A stretch of DNA of 32,000 nucleotides from NCBI GenBank assembly GCA_000025185.1, contig CP001848.1:1050001-1082000 (forward strand). The letters are read 5' to 3'. Below the pieces are notes generated by a model that ran no database searches, was not told the origin of the DNA, and saw only the letters and a program-made list of their open reading frames with translations. The position numbers and the translations under genes are program-made. Source of the stretch: Pirellula staleyi DSM 6068. GTDB lineage: Bacteria; Planctomycetota; Planctomycetia; Pirellulales; Pirellulaceae. Positions within the stretch are counted from its first letter, which is position 1, and every line of letters begins with the position of its first letter. Shown here piece by piece: positions 15,323 to 24,951 of the stretch.

Positions 15323-17338
15323 ATGGCTAAGCAACGCGTGATGATCATCGGCGGCGGACTTGCAGGTCTTGCGGCGGCGATGAAATTGGCCGAAATCGGC
15401 ATCGATGTCGACCTGATGAGCCTGGTGCCTGTGAAGCGTTCGCACAGCGTGTGCGCTCAAGGTGGCATCAACAGCTGCAACGACCAAACGCGTCAGCTCG
15501 GCGATAGCGAGTGGCTGCACCTGGACGACACCGTGTATGGTGGCGACTTCCTGCAGCATCAGCCTCCCGTAAAAGAAATGGCCTACTGGGGCCCCAAGAT
15601 CATCGACCTGATGGACCGTCTGGGGGTACCGTTCAACCGGACTCCGGAAGGCTTTATCGATCGCCGCCGCTTTGGTGGTACGCTCTACAAGCGGACCGCG
15701 TTTGCGGGCGCGACGACTGGTCAGCAGCTCCTCTACTCGCTCGACGAGCAAGTCCGCCGCTGGGAGTCGCAAGGAAAGATCCGTAAGTTCGAATTTTGGG
15801 ACTTCCTCGGCCCGGTCCTCGACGATGCGGGTGTTTGCAAAGGTGCCATCGGCCAAGACCTGGTGACGATGGAAATTCGCTCGTTCCCAGCCGACGCGGT
15901 GATCGTCGCTTCGGGTGGTCCCGGGTTGATCTATGGCCGCAGCACGATGAGCATGGTTTGCACCGGGTCGGCTGCCAGCCGCTGCATGCAAGCGGGTGCG
16001 AAGTTCGGCAACGCCGAGTTCATCCAGGTACATCCCACCGCCATTCCAGGTGCTGATAAGCTCCGCCTGATGAGCGAATCGGCCCGTGGTGAAGGTGGCC
16101 GCGTGTGGGTTCCTCGGAAGCCACAAGATCCTCGCGATCCGCTCGTCATTCCTGAAGCCGAGCGCTATTACTTCCTGGAAGAGCGCTATCCGAAGTACAA
16201 AAACCTCGTGCCGCGTGATATCGCGACCCGCGAGATTTTCGATATCTGCGTGAACGAGAACCTGAGCGTTGAAAAAGAACGTCTGGCCGTCTATCTCGAC
16301 CTGACGCACATTCCGCGTAAGGAACTCGATCGCAAATTAGGCGGCATTCTCGAGATCTACGAGAAGTTCCAAGGGGTCGATCCGCGCAGCACCCCGATGA
16401 AGATTTTCCCTGCGGTGCACTACTCGATGGGTGGCCTGTGGGTCGACTATCAGAAGAGTGCCGACGGTGGTCTCGTGGTCGGATCGCCCAAGAATCAAAC
16501 CACCAACATTCCTGGTCTCTATGCGATCGGCGAATGCGACTATCAGTACCACGGCGCGAATCGCCTCGGCGCGAACTCGCTGCTGTCGTGCATCTTCAGC
16601 GGCCTCATCACCGCTCCTGGTATCGAAACGCTGCTGAAGGGTCAAAAGACCGCTGCGGCCGATCTGCCAAGCTCGCTGTTTGAATCGGCTCGCAAGCAGC
16701 ATCAGGCTCGTCACGATGCCCTGCTGAAGCGTTCGGGAACCGGCGGCGAGAATCCGTACCTCATTCACCAGGAACTGGGGGATGTGATGACGAAGGCCGC
16801 CACGGTGGTGCGTCGCAACGATCAGCTGAAGGCTGCGATCGGAACGGTGAGCGACCTGTACGAACGGGCTCGCCGCAGCTCGCTGGCCGACACCGGCAGC
16901 TGGACCAACCAGAACGTGGTGTTCACCAAGGCGCTGATCGACATGTTCCCGCTGGCCCTGGCGATTTTGCGTGGTGCTTTGCAGCGTGACGAAAGCCGCG
17001 GCGCTCACTACAAACCCGACTTCTCGATGGGCTCGCTCACGTCGAACGAACCGGGCGAACGTCGTCGTCAGGCCGAAGTTTGGTGCGACAAGTTCGAAGA
17101 GAACAACGCCAAGTGGCTCAAGAGCAGCATCGCCACGATCAAGGACTACGACGTCGAAGTGACCTACGAAGATGTCGACACGACGGTCGTTCCTCCCCGC
17201 CCACGGCTCTATGGTCTGGTCGGTGCCGACGAGATCGAGAAGGTGTGGAAAGAGCGAGCTGCTGCCAAAGAAGCAGCCGCAGCAGCCAACGGCAACGGTG
17301 CCCACGGCGCGAAGTCGGCCCTAGCTGGCGCTCACTAA
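15323..17338 (+). CDS. sdhA: Succinate dehydrogenase/fumarate reductase flavoprotein subunit
   Basis: 671 aa. FAD-binding IIGGGLAGLAAA. SHSVCAQGGIN (covalent FAD His region). HPT, RGEGG and HYSMGG motifs. C-terminal Ala/Lys/Glu-rich tail. Confidence 0.95.
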   Translation: MAKQRVMIIGGGLAGLAAAMKLAEIGIDVDLMSLVPVKRSHSVCAQGGINSCNDQTRQLGDSEWLHLDDTVYGGDFLQHQPPVKEMAYWGPKIIDLMDRLGVPFNRTPEGFIDRRRFGGTLYKRTAFAGATTGQQLLYSLDEQVRRWESQGKIRKFEFWDFLGPVLDDAGVCKGAIGQDLVTMEIRSFPADAVIVASGGPGLIYGRSTMSMVCTGSAASRCMQAGAKFGNAEFIQVHPTAIPGADKLRLMSESARGEGGRVWVPRKPQDPRDPLVIPEAERYYFLEERYPKYKNLVPRDIATREIFDICVNENLSVEKERLAVYLDLTHIPRKELDRKLGGILEIYEKFQGVDPRSTPMKIFPAVHYSMGGLWVDYQKSADGGLVVGSPKNQTTNIPGLYAIGECDYQYHGANRLGANSLLSCIFSGLITAPGIETLLKGQKTAAADLPSSLFESARKQHQARHDALLKRSGTGGENPYLIHQELGDVMTKAATVVRRNDQLKAAIGTVSDLYERARRSSLADTGSWTNQNVVFTKALIDMFPLALAILRGALQRDESRGAHYKPDFSMGSLTSNEPGERRRQAEVWCDKFEENNAKWLKSSIATIKDYDVEVTYEDVDTTVVPPRPRLYGLVGADEIEKVWKERAAAKEAAAAANGNGAHGAKSALAGAH

Positions 17339-17475
17339 AGGTGCCACCGCTGGTGAGGCGATGACCCTCGACAGATCCGCAAAATTAAACGAGCAGGCTG
17401 CTGAACTTCGAAGTTCAGAGCCGAACTACTCCCTAGCAAACCAAAAACGACACTTTCCGGTAGGCAGAACTAGCC

Positions 17476-18375
17476 ATGGTCGATTCGCATAGCAACGGTC
17501 ACGCCAATGGTCACTCGCACGACGGCCATGGTCATGATGAGCATGGCCACAAGCCCGACCATATCGAAGTGCGCGTGCTGCGTCAGGATGGTCCCGGTCA
17601 GCCGAGCTACTGGGAACGGCACAGCGTGAAGTACGAAGCGGACATGAACGTCATCAGCGTGCTGCAGCGGATTGCCGCCAATGCCAAGAACGCGGAAGGA
17701 AAGCATGTCGCGCCGGTCGCTTGGGACTGCAACTGCCTTGAAGAAGTTTGCGGCGCTTGCACCATGGTGATCAACGGCAAGGTGCGTCAGGCCTGCTCGG
17801 CACTGGTCGACAAGCTGCTGAGCGATAACCCTGCCGAAATCGAACTCCAGCCGATGACCAAGTTCCCAGTCGTGCGCGATCTGGCAGTCGACCGAACCCG
17901 CTTGTTCAGCGCCTTGTCGCGCGTGAAGGCCTGGGTTCCTGTCGATGGCTATTACGACATGGGTGCGGGCCCTCGCTATCCCGCCGAAGATCAAGAAACC
18001 GCTTACCCGCTGAGCCAGTGCATGAGCTGCGGCTGCTGCGTCGAAGCTTGCCCGCAGTACACCAAGGTGGAACTCGAGCGCATCGAAGGGGAAACTGAAG
18101 AGGCCTACAACGCACGCTGCAAAGCCGACTACGACCGTGCATTTGTGGGTCCGCACGCCATCAGCCAGGCGATGCTGTTCAACCAGCACCCCACCGGCAA
18201 GAACATTGCTGGCGAGCGGCTCGATGCCCTGACCGCCGAAGGTGGTTTGCAGGTTTGCGGCAACGCCCAGAACTGCGTGGCGGTTTGCCCCAAGCTGATC
18301 CCGCTCACCACGTCGATCGCTCGCGCCGGCCGCGCCACAACACTGCATGTCCTCAAGAAATGGTTCGGCGCTTAA
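17476..18375 (+). CDS. sdhB: Succinate dehydrogenase/fumarate reductase iron-sulfur subunit
   Basis: 299 aa. Three Cys clusters: CNCLEEVCGAC...C (2Fe-2S), CMSCGCCVEACP (4Fe-4S), CGNAQNCVAVCP (3Fe-4S). Unusual His-rich N-terminus MVDSHSNGHANGHSHDGHGHDEHGHKPDH. Confidence 0.95.
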   Translation: MVDSHSNGHANGHSHDGHGHDEHGHKPDHIEVRVLRQDGPGQPSYWERHSVKYEADMNVISVLQRIAANAKNAEGKHVAPVAWDCNCLEEVCGACTMVINGKVRQACSALVDKLLSDNPAEIELQPMTKFPVVRDLAVDRTRLFSALSRVKAWVPVDGYYDMGAGPRYPAEDQETAYPLSQCMSCGCCVEACPQYTKVELERIEGETEEAYNARCKADYDRAFVGPHAISQAMLFNQHPTGKNIAGERLDALTAEGGLQVCGNAQNCVAVCPKLIPLTTSIARAGRATTLHVLKKWFGA

Positions 18376-18409
18376 ACGCTTGCTGAGCCGAACATTCCAG
18401 CCAGCTTAC

Positions 18410-18446
18410 AGGCTGTCGCACGAAACCCGCGCGGCAGCCTTTTTTC
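18410..18446 (+). terminator. Rho-independent terminator of sdhCAB
   Basis: AGGCTGTCGC-acgaaaccc-GCGGCAGCCT forms a 10-bp stem (one G.U pair), followed by TTTTTT. Starts 35 nt after the sdhB stop. Confidence 0.7.
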
Positions 18447-18673
18447 GTGGAGCGAGACGCCAGTCAACTCCCACTCGCTTCCCCCAAGCCGACGGCTCTG
18501 TCGTCGTGGCGAGCGGTTACTCCTCCTCGGCCAACTTCCGAAGACGACGCACGAACCGCGCGAAAGTTTTGCGGCCGAAATGTTCCATCCCCTCGGACTG
18601 ATTGCTACAGTAGTTCGTGTGGCCGGTAGTTCGGCCGATTCGGCGCACTATCCTCGACGGCAGACGAGTGGCG

Positions 18674-20158
18674 ATGCGAGTTCTCCTTCTTCTCGTGGTG
18701 ACGTTTTTCGGCGTCTCGATCGTCAGTGCTTTTGCTGGCCTGTGCATCTTCATTGCTCTGAATAAAGAGGGGCCTCCCCCAGCACGCGAGCAGGCGAGCA
18801 CTCAGTCGACCAACCTCGAGATCGCAGAGTGGCAGCGCGAGATGCGCCGCACGCAGCAAAAAAACAATGCCGCGATTCGAGCCGCGCGGCGCTGGAGCGA
18901 TAGCAAACTCGCCCGGCATGTGCGCGACTATGTGCTCGCAGGGACAAGCTGGGACGACGACGAAGAGATCTATCCCGTGCAAGTGTTGCTGGCCCTTGGT
19001 CCTCGGGTCCACGAGCCGGTGCTCGCACTGGTGAACGATCGCTCGCTCTATCCGCAGCTGGTGCGCGAGCGGCGTTACGAGTCGTGGAGCGATTTTCCCT
19101 TCGAGCGCGCCTGCCAATTGCTCGGAGAGACCCCCCCACCCTCGGCCGTGGAAGGTTTGATTCCCTTTCAAAACGATCCCGAGCCGAAGATTCGCAACAT
19201 CGCCGCCAACACGATGGCCAAAATCGGAACGGGTTCGATCGTCCCCTACCTGCGGATAGCGCTGGTCGATTCCGATGAGCAAGTGGCGAGAAGTGCCGTG
19301 AATGGACTGCGTGTGGCGCTCGAGCGAAAGAATCTCGCACCGCACGTGCAAAAAATGATCGTTCCCGATCTCAAGCAGCTGCTGCGGCAGGGGAAGTGGC
19401 TCGGCAATGTCGCGTCGCTCCTGACGCTGCTCGATCCGGCCGACTCGCCCCAGTTCTTTCTCTCGAGCGAAGTACTGCGAGCCGATTCGCCCGCGATTGG
19501 CGAAGTGCTGATCGAAATTTTGGGGCAGAAAATCACCGTTCCGCCCGACCAACTCCAAGCGCTCATCGCCGGGCTCGAGACGAAGACCATGGAGTATCCG
19601 ACCGACTATGCGCTCGGCAATGCGCTCCGCTTAGTCGGTCGTCAGCAGCTGCCCGAGGCGGAGTCTTTTTTGCGGCAGCGGATCTCGCATGAAAACGTCG
19701 GCGTCGCTTATGGGGCGGCTGATGGGCTCCTCAATCTGGCCGGGCTCGAGGATTTTGAAAGCAAAATTTGGGTCTACGAGGATGACGCTTCAGAGCCGGT
19801 CCTCAATCAGCAGCAGAAGCTCTACCAGTTGGTCTGGGACACCGATAGTGCGATCAGCGACAGTGGAATTTTTTGGTATTTCCAGAGTTCCTCGGGGGAC
19901 CGGTGGCGCGAGGCTTTGGCAAGTTTCGAAACGCTGGGGCTCAAGGAGCATCATGCGATTTTGAGCGAGGCAGTGGCTCTCTTTGGCAGCGACGGCCCCG
20001 CCGCTGATCTCGAGACGCGCACACGGCAGATGAAAGCCCGCTTTTCGGAAGAGGGAACCGAGTTCGAAGCGCTCGACGCCCGCTATTTCGAAACCGAAGA
20101 GAGCCTCAAAATCCACACGACCAACTACGTCCTCGAAAACGTTGACGCGTTTCGCTAA
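18674..20158 (+). CDS. Membrane-anchored HEAT-repeat protein with DMP19/DUF4375-like C-terminal domain
   Basis: The ORF opens at a GTG at 18617. The ATG at 18674 starts directly with a hydrophobic anchor (MRVLLLLVVTFFGVSIVSAFAGLCIFIAL). HEAT-like repeats (DPEPKIRNIAANTMAKIG...LVDSDEQVARSAVNGL). The C-terminus (SGIFWYFQSSSGDRWREALASFETLGLKEHHAILSEAVALFG) resembles the DUF4375 core. Family assignment is by eye only. Confidence 0.6.
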   Translation: MRVLLLLVVTFFGVSIVSAFAGLCIFIALNKEGPPPAREQASTQSTNLEIAEWQREMRRTQQKNNAAIRAARRWSDSKLARHVRDYVLAGTSWDDDEEIYPVQVLLALGPRVHEPVLALVNDRSLYPQLVRERRYESWSDFPFERACQLLGETPPPSAVEGLIPFQNDPEPKIRNIAANTMAKIGTGSIVPYLRIALVDSDEQVARSAVNGLRVALERKNLAPHVQKMIVPDLKQLLRQGKWLGNVASLLTLLDPADSPQFFLSSEVLRADSPAIGEVLIEILGQKITVPPDQLQALIAGLETKTMEYPTDYALGNALRLVGRQQLPEAESFLRQRISHENVGVAYGAADGLLNLAGLEDFESKIWVYEDDASEPVLNQQQKLYQLVWDTDSAISDSGIFWYFQSSSGDRWREALASFETLGLKEHHAILSEAVALFGSDGPAADLETRTRQMKARFSEEGTEFEALDARYFETEESLKIHTTNYVLENVDAFR

Positions 20159-20183
20159 GCGAATGTCGAGCAAAGCACGCGGC

Positions 20184-22958
20184 TTAACGTTTGGTGCTGC
20201 CGAAGGTGATGAGGATGTCGTAGTCGTCGAAGCCATCGGGTTGGTCGTCGATGCGAATCATGGCGCCTTGCGGCGCTGGGGTTGCGATCACCTCTCCACG
20301 ACCATGCAGCTTGCGTACGGTGACCGAACTGAAGTCGAGCCCAGGTGGCAACAGCTGCGTGGAACCGCGATTGCGAAGGATCGGATTGGCCTCCAGGCGC
20401 CAGACGAAACCGTTGAACCGGGCGAGCTGAGGCCAGCCCCACGTTTTGTGATCCCAGCGGATGCTATCGGCCGTGAGATGCAGCTCTTCGATGCCGTGGA
20501 CATCTTCGACGTGCAGCTGAATTTGAAACGCTGGTGAGGGGAGCTTCTGGAGCTTCGACTCGAGTTCAGCGCGCGTGAGCCCGACGGCCTGCGTCAGACC
20601 TTGCTGATACCAGTGGCGTGCGCGAGCTTGTGCACCAAGGCGCTGGCTGGGGGGGAGCGAGGTTGCTGCGGCCATCCACAGGTCTCCCAGCTGTTTGGCT
20701 TTCTTGAGTTCGGGCTGCGTGGCGTCGAGTTCCAGCTGGCTCGCCGCTTGCAACTGCTGATCGCTACCGAGCGCGAGATGCGGTAGCCCTTTCGACCATT
20801 TTCCGAGCACCAGGCAGTAGTAGGAACCGACACCCAGATTCGCTTCGGCATTTTGAGGATCGGTTTGCAACGTAGCTTGATGTTTGGCAGCTTGCTCAGC
20901 CTCGCGGACGAGCCCCTTCACGCGCTGATCGGCGGCGAGTGCCACTTCGCGCCACGATTTGCTGGGGGCACGCGACGCGCCACTGAGGGCAAGCGTCGAG
21001 GCCCGCGCGGCGAGTTCAAACGCTTCGGCGTCGATCAAATCGGCTGTTAAATCGAGCGCCGTCACCACAATTGTTTCGATAGTGGCAGGATCGGTCGTCC
21101 CTTTGGCCAGCTTGGGGAGCAACTCGACCTTCAGCGTATTTCGATCGACCTCGAACCTCGTGGCAAGCTCCTCGATCGACTGCATGGCGAGGCCAATATC
21201 GCGGGCTCCTGTCGCCTGCTCGAGCGCCTGCTGATAGAGCGCGTATTGCGAAGCGCGATCGTCGTCCGAATCGGCTGCGTGACGCAGCAGTTGCTCGGCT
21301 AATGCCCGCTTCTCGGCTGGTTTCTTCGACTCCAGCTGCTCTTTGAAAAGTTCGACGATGATCTTCTCAGCAGCGGCTAACTCTTCTGCCGAGGGGATCG
21401 GCAAACGCTGCGGCAGAGGCTGATCTTGCTCGAGCAGATTGGCCAAACTTCGATCGGGCATTGCTCCGCCGGGAGTTGCTTCCTCCGCGAGTTTCGGCGC
21501 GTCGCTCGAGGCCAGCTCAAGTGGCAACGGCTCATCGAGCAGCGACGTGGGTGCGCCTCGCAAGTTCCATAGGGCGATGGCCGAAAGGAACCACAAATCC
21601 CCTTGCCACTCGGGTTCGCAGAGGGTGAACGTGACGCGCCCCTTGCCGTGGGCGAGTGTCGCGACAGCCGGTTCGCCGTTGTCGGCGCGGGCAACCAGCA
21701 TGACGTGCGGCACCGACACGTGGAAGTTTCCGGCGCTCTGCAGATGACGATTCGTAGGAATGTCGCTCGCACCTGCAAAGAGGACTTCCGTCCGGCCGGG
21801 AACTTCTTTGTAGAACGAACAGTGCCTCACGCCGGTGGTGATTCCAAAGCGCTGCATGTGCTGCATGTTGCGACCGTTGAACGCCCCCATCACGATCAGG
21901 TGTCCACCCGCTTCAACAAATTTCTCGATCGGGTCGAACGACTCGGGTCGCTTCCGCTCGTCACCTTGTCCCCAGTAGTCCATGTGATTACTGCCCACCA
22001 CGATCGAATGGATATTCGAGTAGTCTTGCCGCCGGATATCAAAATCGGAGACCTCGAAGGGAACACCGTGATCTTTACAAGCGCGCTCGACTCGACCACG
22101 TTCGTCGTCGCTGCACACGATCAGCCACTTTTGACCTGCAGCGCGCGGCAGCAGAGGCAAACGGAGTTCTTCCACGACAGGCTGCGTCGGTGCTCCGGGA
22201 GGAACTTCCGCAGGCCCCGCTACGGGCGACAGCGGCGCTGCTGAAGGATTTTCAGGAGGTAATGCAGCTGGCGCAGGTGACGGAACCGTCGACGTTGGTG
22301 GGGGCGGCGGTGCGGGACTTGGAAGGTTCGACGCCGGAGGAGGTGGTGGGGGCGCAGTGCCGGTGACCGGCGGGCTCCCTGGCGAGACATTCGCTTCGAC
22401 TAGCGACGTGTCGCCACGATTTCCAAGCGCCATCATGCCGACAACGCCGATCAGCAGCACTACCACCAAGCCAGCTATTGCTGCAGCCACTACACCCGGG
22501 CGGAGCAGCGGCTGCTGTGCCGGAGCTGTGCTGCGAAGCACAAACGGCGCGGCCGATGGCATCGGCGAACTGGCGAGGGGATCAACCGGCGTCACCGGTG
22601 GAGGCACGGGGAGCGCCACAGCTGCGGGCAACAGGGGCTGCGCAACTGGAATAACGCGCGAAGCAGCCTGCTTTGCCGCCGCAGCGGCGCGCAGCTGGCG
22701 ATCGTATTTCTCTTTCGCCGCCAGATCGAGCAAGCAAACCCGCGCCGACGACAGGAGATTCAAAACCTCCTGCGACTTGGCCGACTGCTTACCACCCGCC
22801 TTCTGCCGCACAAATCCCATCCGCTGATCGACGGCTGCCTCGATGGCGTCGAGATTCGACTCAAAATCGGCCAGCCCCAGCAAACGGTAGTGATTGGCAG
22901 GCTGCTGTTCGGGGGGAATTCCCAACCACAGGTGCAGCGCATCAAAGTCATCGCTCAT
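20184..22958 (-). CDS. Large planctomycete-type protein: degenerate J-domain-like N-terminus, TM helix, Pro-rich linker, putative GATase-like/ThuA-like domain, helical repeat region
   Basis: 924 aa with ATG at 22958. N-terminus LHLWLGIPPEQQPANHYRLLGLADFESNLDAIEAAVDQRM...KEKYDRQL is J-domain-like but has no HPD tripeptide. TM helix VVAAAIAGLVVVLLIGVVGMMAL. Poly-Pro stretches. KWLIVCSDDE...GGHLIVMGAF block. High GC3. Confidence 0.75.
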   Translation of the reverse strand: MSDDFDALHLWLGIPPEQQPANHYRLLGLADFESNLDAIEAAVDQRMGFVRQKAGGKQSAKSQEVLNLLSSARVCLLDLAAKEKYDRQLRAAAAAKQAASRVIPVAQPLLPAAVALPVPPPVTPVDPLASSPMPSAAPFVLRSTAPAQQPLLRPGVVAAAIAGLVVVLLIGVVGMMALGNRGDTSLVEANVSPGSPPVTGTAPPPPPPASNLPSPAPPPPPTSTVPSPAPAALPPENPSAAPLSPVAGPAEVPPGAPTQPVVEELRLPLLPRAAGQKWLIVCSDDERGRVERACKDHGVPFEVSDFDIRRQDYSNIHSIVVGSNHMDYWGQGDERKRPESFDPIEKFVEAGGHLIVMGAFNGRNMQHMQRFGITTGVRHCSFYKEVPGRTEVLFAGASDIPTNRHLQSAGNFHVSVPHVMLVARADNGEPAVATLAHGKGRVTFTLCEPEWQGDLWFLSAIALWNLRGAPTSLLDEPLPLELASSDAPKLAEEATPGGAMPDRSLANLLEQDQPLPQRLPIPSAEELAAAEKIIVELFKEQLESKKPAEKRALAEQLLRHAADSDDDRASQYALYQQALEQATGARDIGLAMQSIEELATRFEVDRNTLKVELLPKLAKGTTDPATIETIVVTALDLTADLIDAEAFELAARASTLALSGASRAPSKSWREVALAADQRVKGLVREAEQAAKHQATLQTDPQNAEANLGVGSYYCLVLGKWSKGLPHLALGSDQQLQAASQLELDATQPELKKAKQLGDLWMAAATSLPPSQRLGAQARARHWYQQGLTQAVGLTRAELESKLQKLPSPAFQIQLHVEDVHGIEELHLTADSIRWDHKTWGWPQLARFNGFVWRLEANPILRNRGSTQLLPPGLDFSSVTVRKLHGRGEVIATPAPQGAMIRIDDQPDGFDDYDILITFGSTKR

Positions 22959-23006
22959 CTAACTCGCTCCGAGCCCCCTCCACTATCAACAAACATCTCG
23001 AGTCTA

Positions 23007-23025
23007 ACCCCCAACTACTGGGGGT
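23007..23025 (-). terminator. Hairpin between the beta-helix gene stop and the 924-aa gene start
   Basis: ACCCCCA-actac-TGGGGGT forms a perfect 7-bp G/C-rich stem about 70 nt downstream of the stop at 23095 (minus strand). No clear U-tract, so terminator function is uncertain. Confidence 0.3.
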
Positions 23026-23094
23026 GCCAACGAAATGATGGGGCACGGCGAGTTCAACGCGCACACGACTCACTTAGCGGCCGAGACCTGCAGT

Positions 23095-24951
23095 TCACTT
23101 CGGTGGAGCAAATGCGGAGTAGGGAAGCGTGTGGGCACGCTCGCGGCTGAGCAACTTCGTGACACCATCGCGGCGCTCTTCGGCGAGCGTTTCAAACGGA
23201 TCGCCATTGAAGCAAACTTCGCCAAAAAAAGCCCAGAGCGATGATTCGTCGGTGACCAGCATCGGCGCGAGTTTGCCAGCGGTGGTCGTGTAGCTAAAGC
23301 CTCCCAGGATTTCGGTCCGACCAGCTGCGAGCGTGTGGGCGAGCGTTCCGCCACGCTCGGTCTTATAGCCCAGAATCCAGATGTCGCTGGCGTGATTGGT
23401 GAGGTGGGTCCCTTCGTTCTCGATGTTCAGCTGACGGGCCCACACCAGCTGCTGGCGGAAGCGAAAATTGTTCCCCACCACATCCTCGAGAAACAGTTCG
23501 CCCCCTTCGCTCGCCGCAGTTCCGAGCAGCGTGTGCGACTCCATACTGCGCAGAACAACGGTGCGCTTGGTCGCCAGCTCGATGCCCCCTCCCAGGTGAC
23601 TGAAGTGCTCGATCGCTACGACCGGCGCTGTGCCATCGTCGATCCGAAAATTGATCAAATCGCGCTGGCCATAGTTGATGATCCCGCCGAGGCCGACGAT
23701 GCGACTCACGTTGCCGCGCACGATGATGGTTCGGCTCGTCTTGTAATGCCCAGGCAGAAAAACCGTGCTCGCGCCACTGTCGATCGCTCGCTGGATCGCA
23801 TCGGCTGAATCGGCCTCGGCGGTTGGATCAGCGCCAAACGCATCGACCACAGCCCACTTCGCTGGATCTTCCCAAGCTAGCGCCGGAGTCTCTTTCACCG
23901 GCAAACGGAGCGATACTGCGGACGACGGAAACAGCATCGTTGGTGCGTTCGAAGCATACTCGGCGATGTCGGGCCCCCGGCTGACGGGCTGGTCGTTGTC
24001 GGTAAGGCGATAAGCAGCGGCGAAGTCGGGCGTTTCGATATCGGCGAGGGCTCGCTTGTAGCCCGATGTTTTGATATCGCGAACGAAGATTCGTCCACCG
24101 TTGAAGTTCACGATCGCCGGATGCTGCGCTGCCCCCTCACGCCCGGTGAGCACCGCATCGATGACGAGCAATCGTCCATAGGTGCTGATTGCGGGGACGC
24201 TGTTGTCGCTCGTGAGGCCACGAATACTGATGCTCTGCCCTTCGTTCTGCAGGCCGACCTGCCGCTGACCCCGCAGCGTGATTTTCTCGAAGGTCTGGCT
24301 ATTCACTGCTCGCGCGGTGGTGATGCCGCGCGCAAAGCCAATCACTTCGCAGTTTTTCACTAGCAGCGGACCGTTCATATCGCGATGCGACAGATCGAGC
24401 CCGACCGCTCCGCTGCTGTCTCCTGCCACGAAACGGCAATCGCGCAGAGCGCCGGTGTTGTTCGAAAAGAACTGTAGCGCCACCGCGCCCGGATTTTGGT
24501 CGCCAACGTCGAACGTCAGATTCTCGACATAGTTATGAAACCAATCGGCACTTCCAAAGCCGCCGCACCACATCAGCGCTGCGGGCTTCGCGGCGTCGGC
24601 GAAGGTCGCATCCTTGAGTCGCAGCACGGTGGTGTCGCGATCTTCCCCCCGCAGGATGGTCATCCCCCAGTTGTCGTGGTTGGCAAACTTTTTGGGCCAG
24701 GTGAGCGTTCGCGAAACGAGATACGTCCCCTTGGGAAAGAAGAGCACGCGATGCCAGCCCACATGCTCGTTGATCGCCCGCTGCAGCGCTTCGGTGTCGT
24801 CGGTAACGCCGTCCCCCTTGGCCGAATAGGGCGGACGTGTGACGTCGATCACATTGGCGTGGGTCGGGTAGCGCTGTACCTCCGCGCGAGCAGCATCGAG
24901 GGTGGCCACAGCCCACACGATCGCCAGCAGAGAGCCCAGAATATGTTTCAT
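23095..24951 (-). CDS. Secreted pectate-lyase-superfamily / GH55-like protein with two right-handed beta-helix modules
   Basis: The ORF is open to 25008. The ATG at 24951 gives the signal peptide MKHILGSLLAIVWAVATLDAARAE. N-terminal YSAKGDGVTDDTEALQRAI motif (Pectate_lyase_3 type) and a second degenerate copy (FGADPTAEADSADAIQRAIDSGASTVFLPGHY), as in two-domain GH55-like enzymes. Confidence 0.8.
   Translation of the reverse strand: MKHILGSLLAIVWAVATLDAARAEVQRYPTHANVIDVTRPPYSAKGDGVTDDTEALQRAINEHVGWHRVLFFPKGTYLVSRTLTWPKKFANHDNWGMTILRGEDRDTTVLRLKDATFADAAKPAALMWCGGFGSADWFHNYVENLTFDVGDQNPGAVALQFFSNNTGALRDCRFVAGDSSGAVGLDLSHRDMNGPLLVKNCEVIGFARGITTARAVNSQTFEKITLRGQRQVGLQNEGQSISIRGLTSDNSVPAISTYGRLLVIDAVLTGREGAAQHPAIVNFNGGRIFVRDIKTSGYKRALADIETPDFAAAYRLTDNDQPVSRGPDIAEYASNAPTMLFPSSAVSLRLPVKETPALAWEDPAKWAVVDAFGADPTAEADSADAIQRAIDSGASTVFLPGHYKTSRTIIVRGNVSRIVGLGGIINYGQRDLINFRIDDGTAPVVAIEHFSHLGGGIELATKRTVVLRSMESHTLLGTAASEGGELFLEDVVGNNFRFRQQLVWARQLNIENEGTHLTNHASDIWILGYKTERGGTLAHTLAAGRTEILGGFSYTTTAGKLAPMLVTDESSLWAFFGEVCFNGDPFETLAEERRDGVTKLLSRERAHTLPYSAFAPPK

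Noticed and set aside
14330-18348. Long minus-strand ORFs (14330-16309, 16337-17305, 17470-18348) across the sdh operon.
   Set aside because: They are antisense shadows of the unambiguous sdhC, sdhA and sdhB genes.
18605-19558. 317-aa minus-strand ORF opposite the HEAT-repeat gene.
   Set aside because: Its composition looks off-frame. The plus-strand frame has a TM anchor, HEAT-like repeats and better codon bias. The plus-strand call itself is only of moderate confidence.
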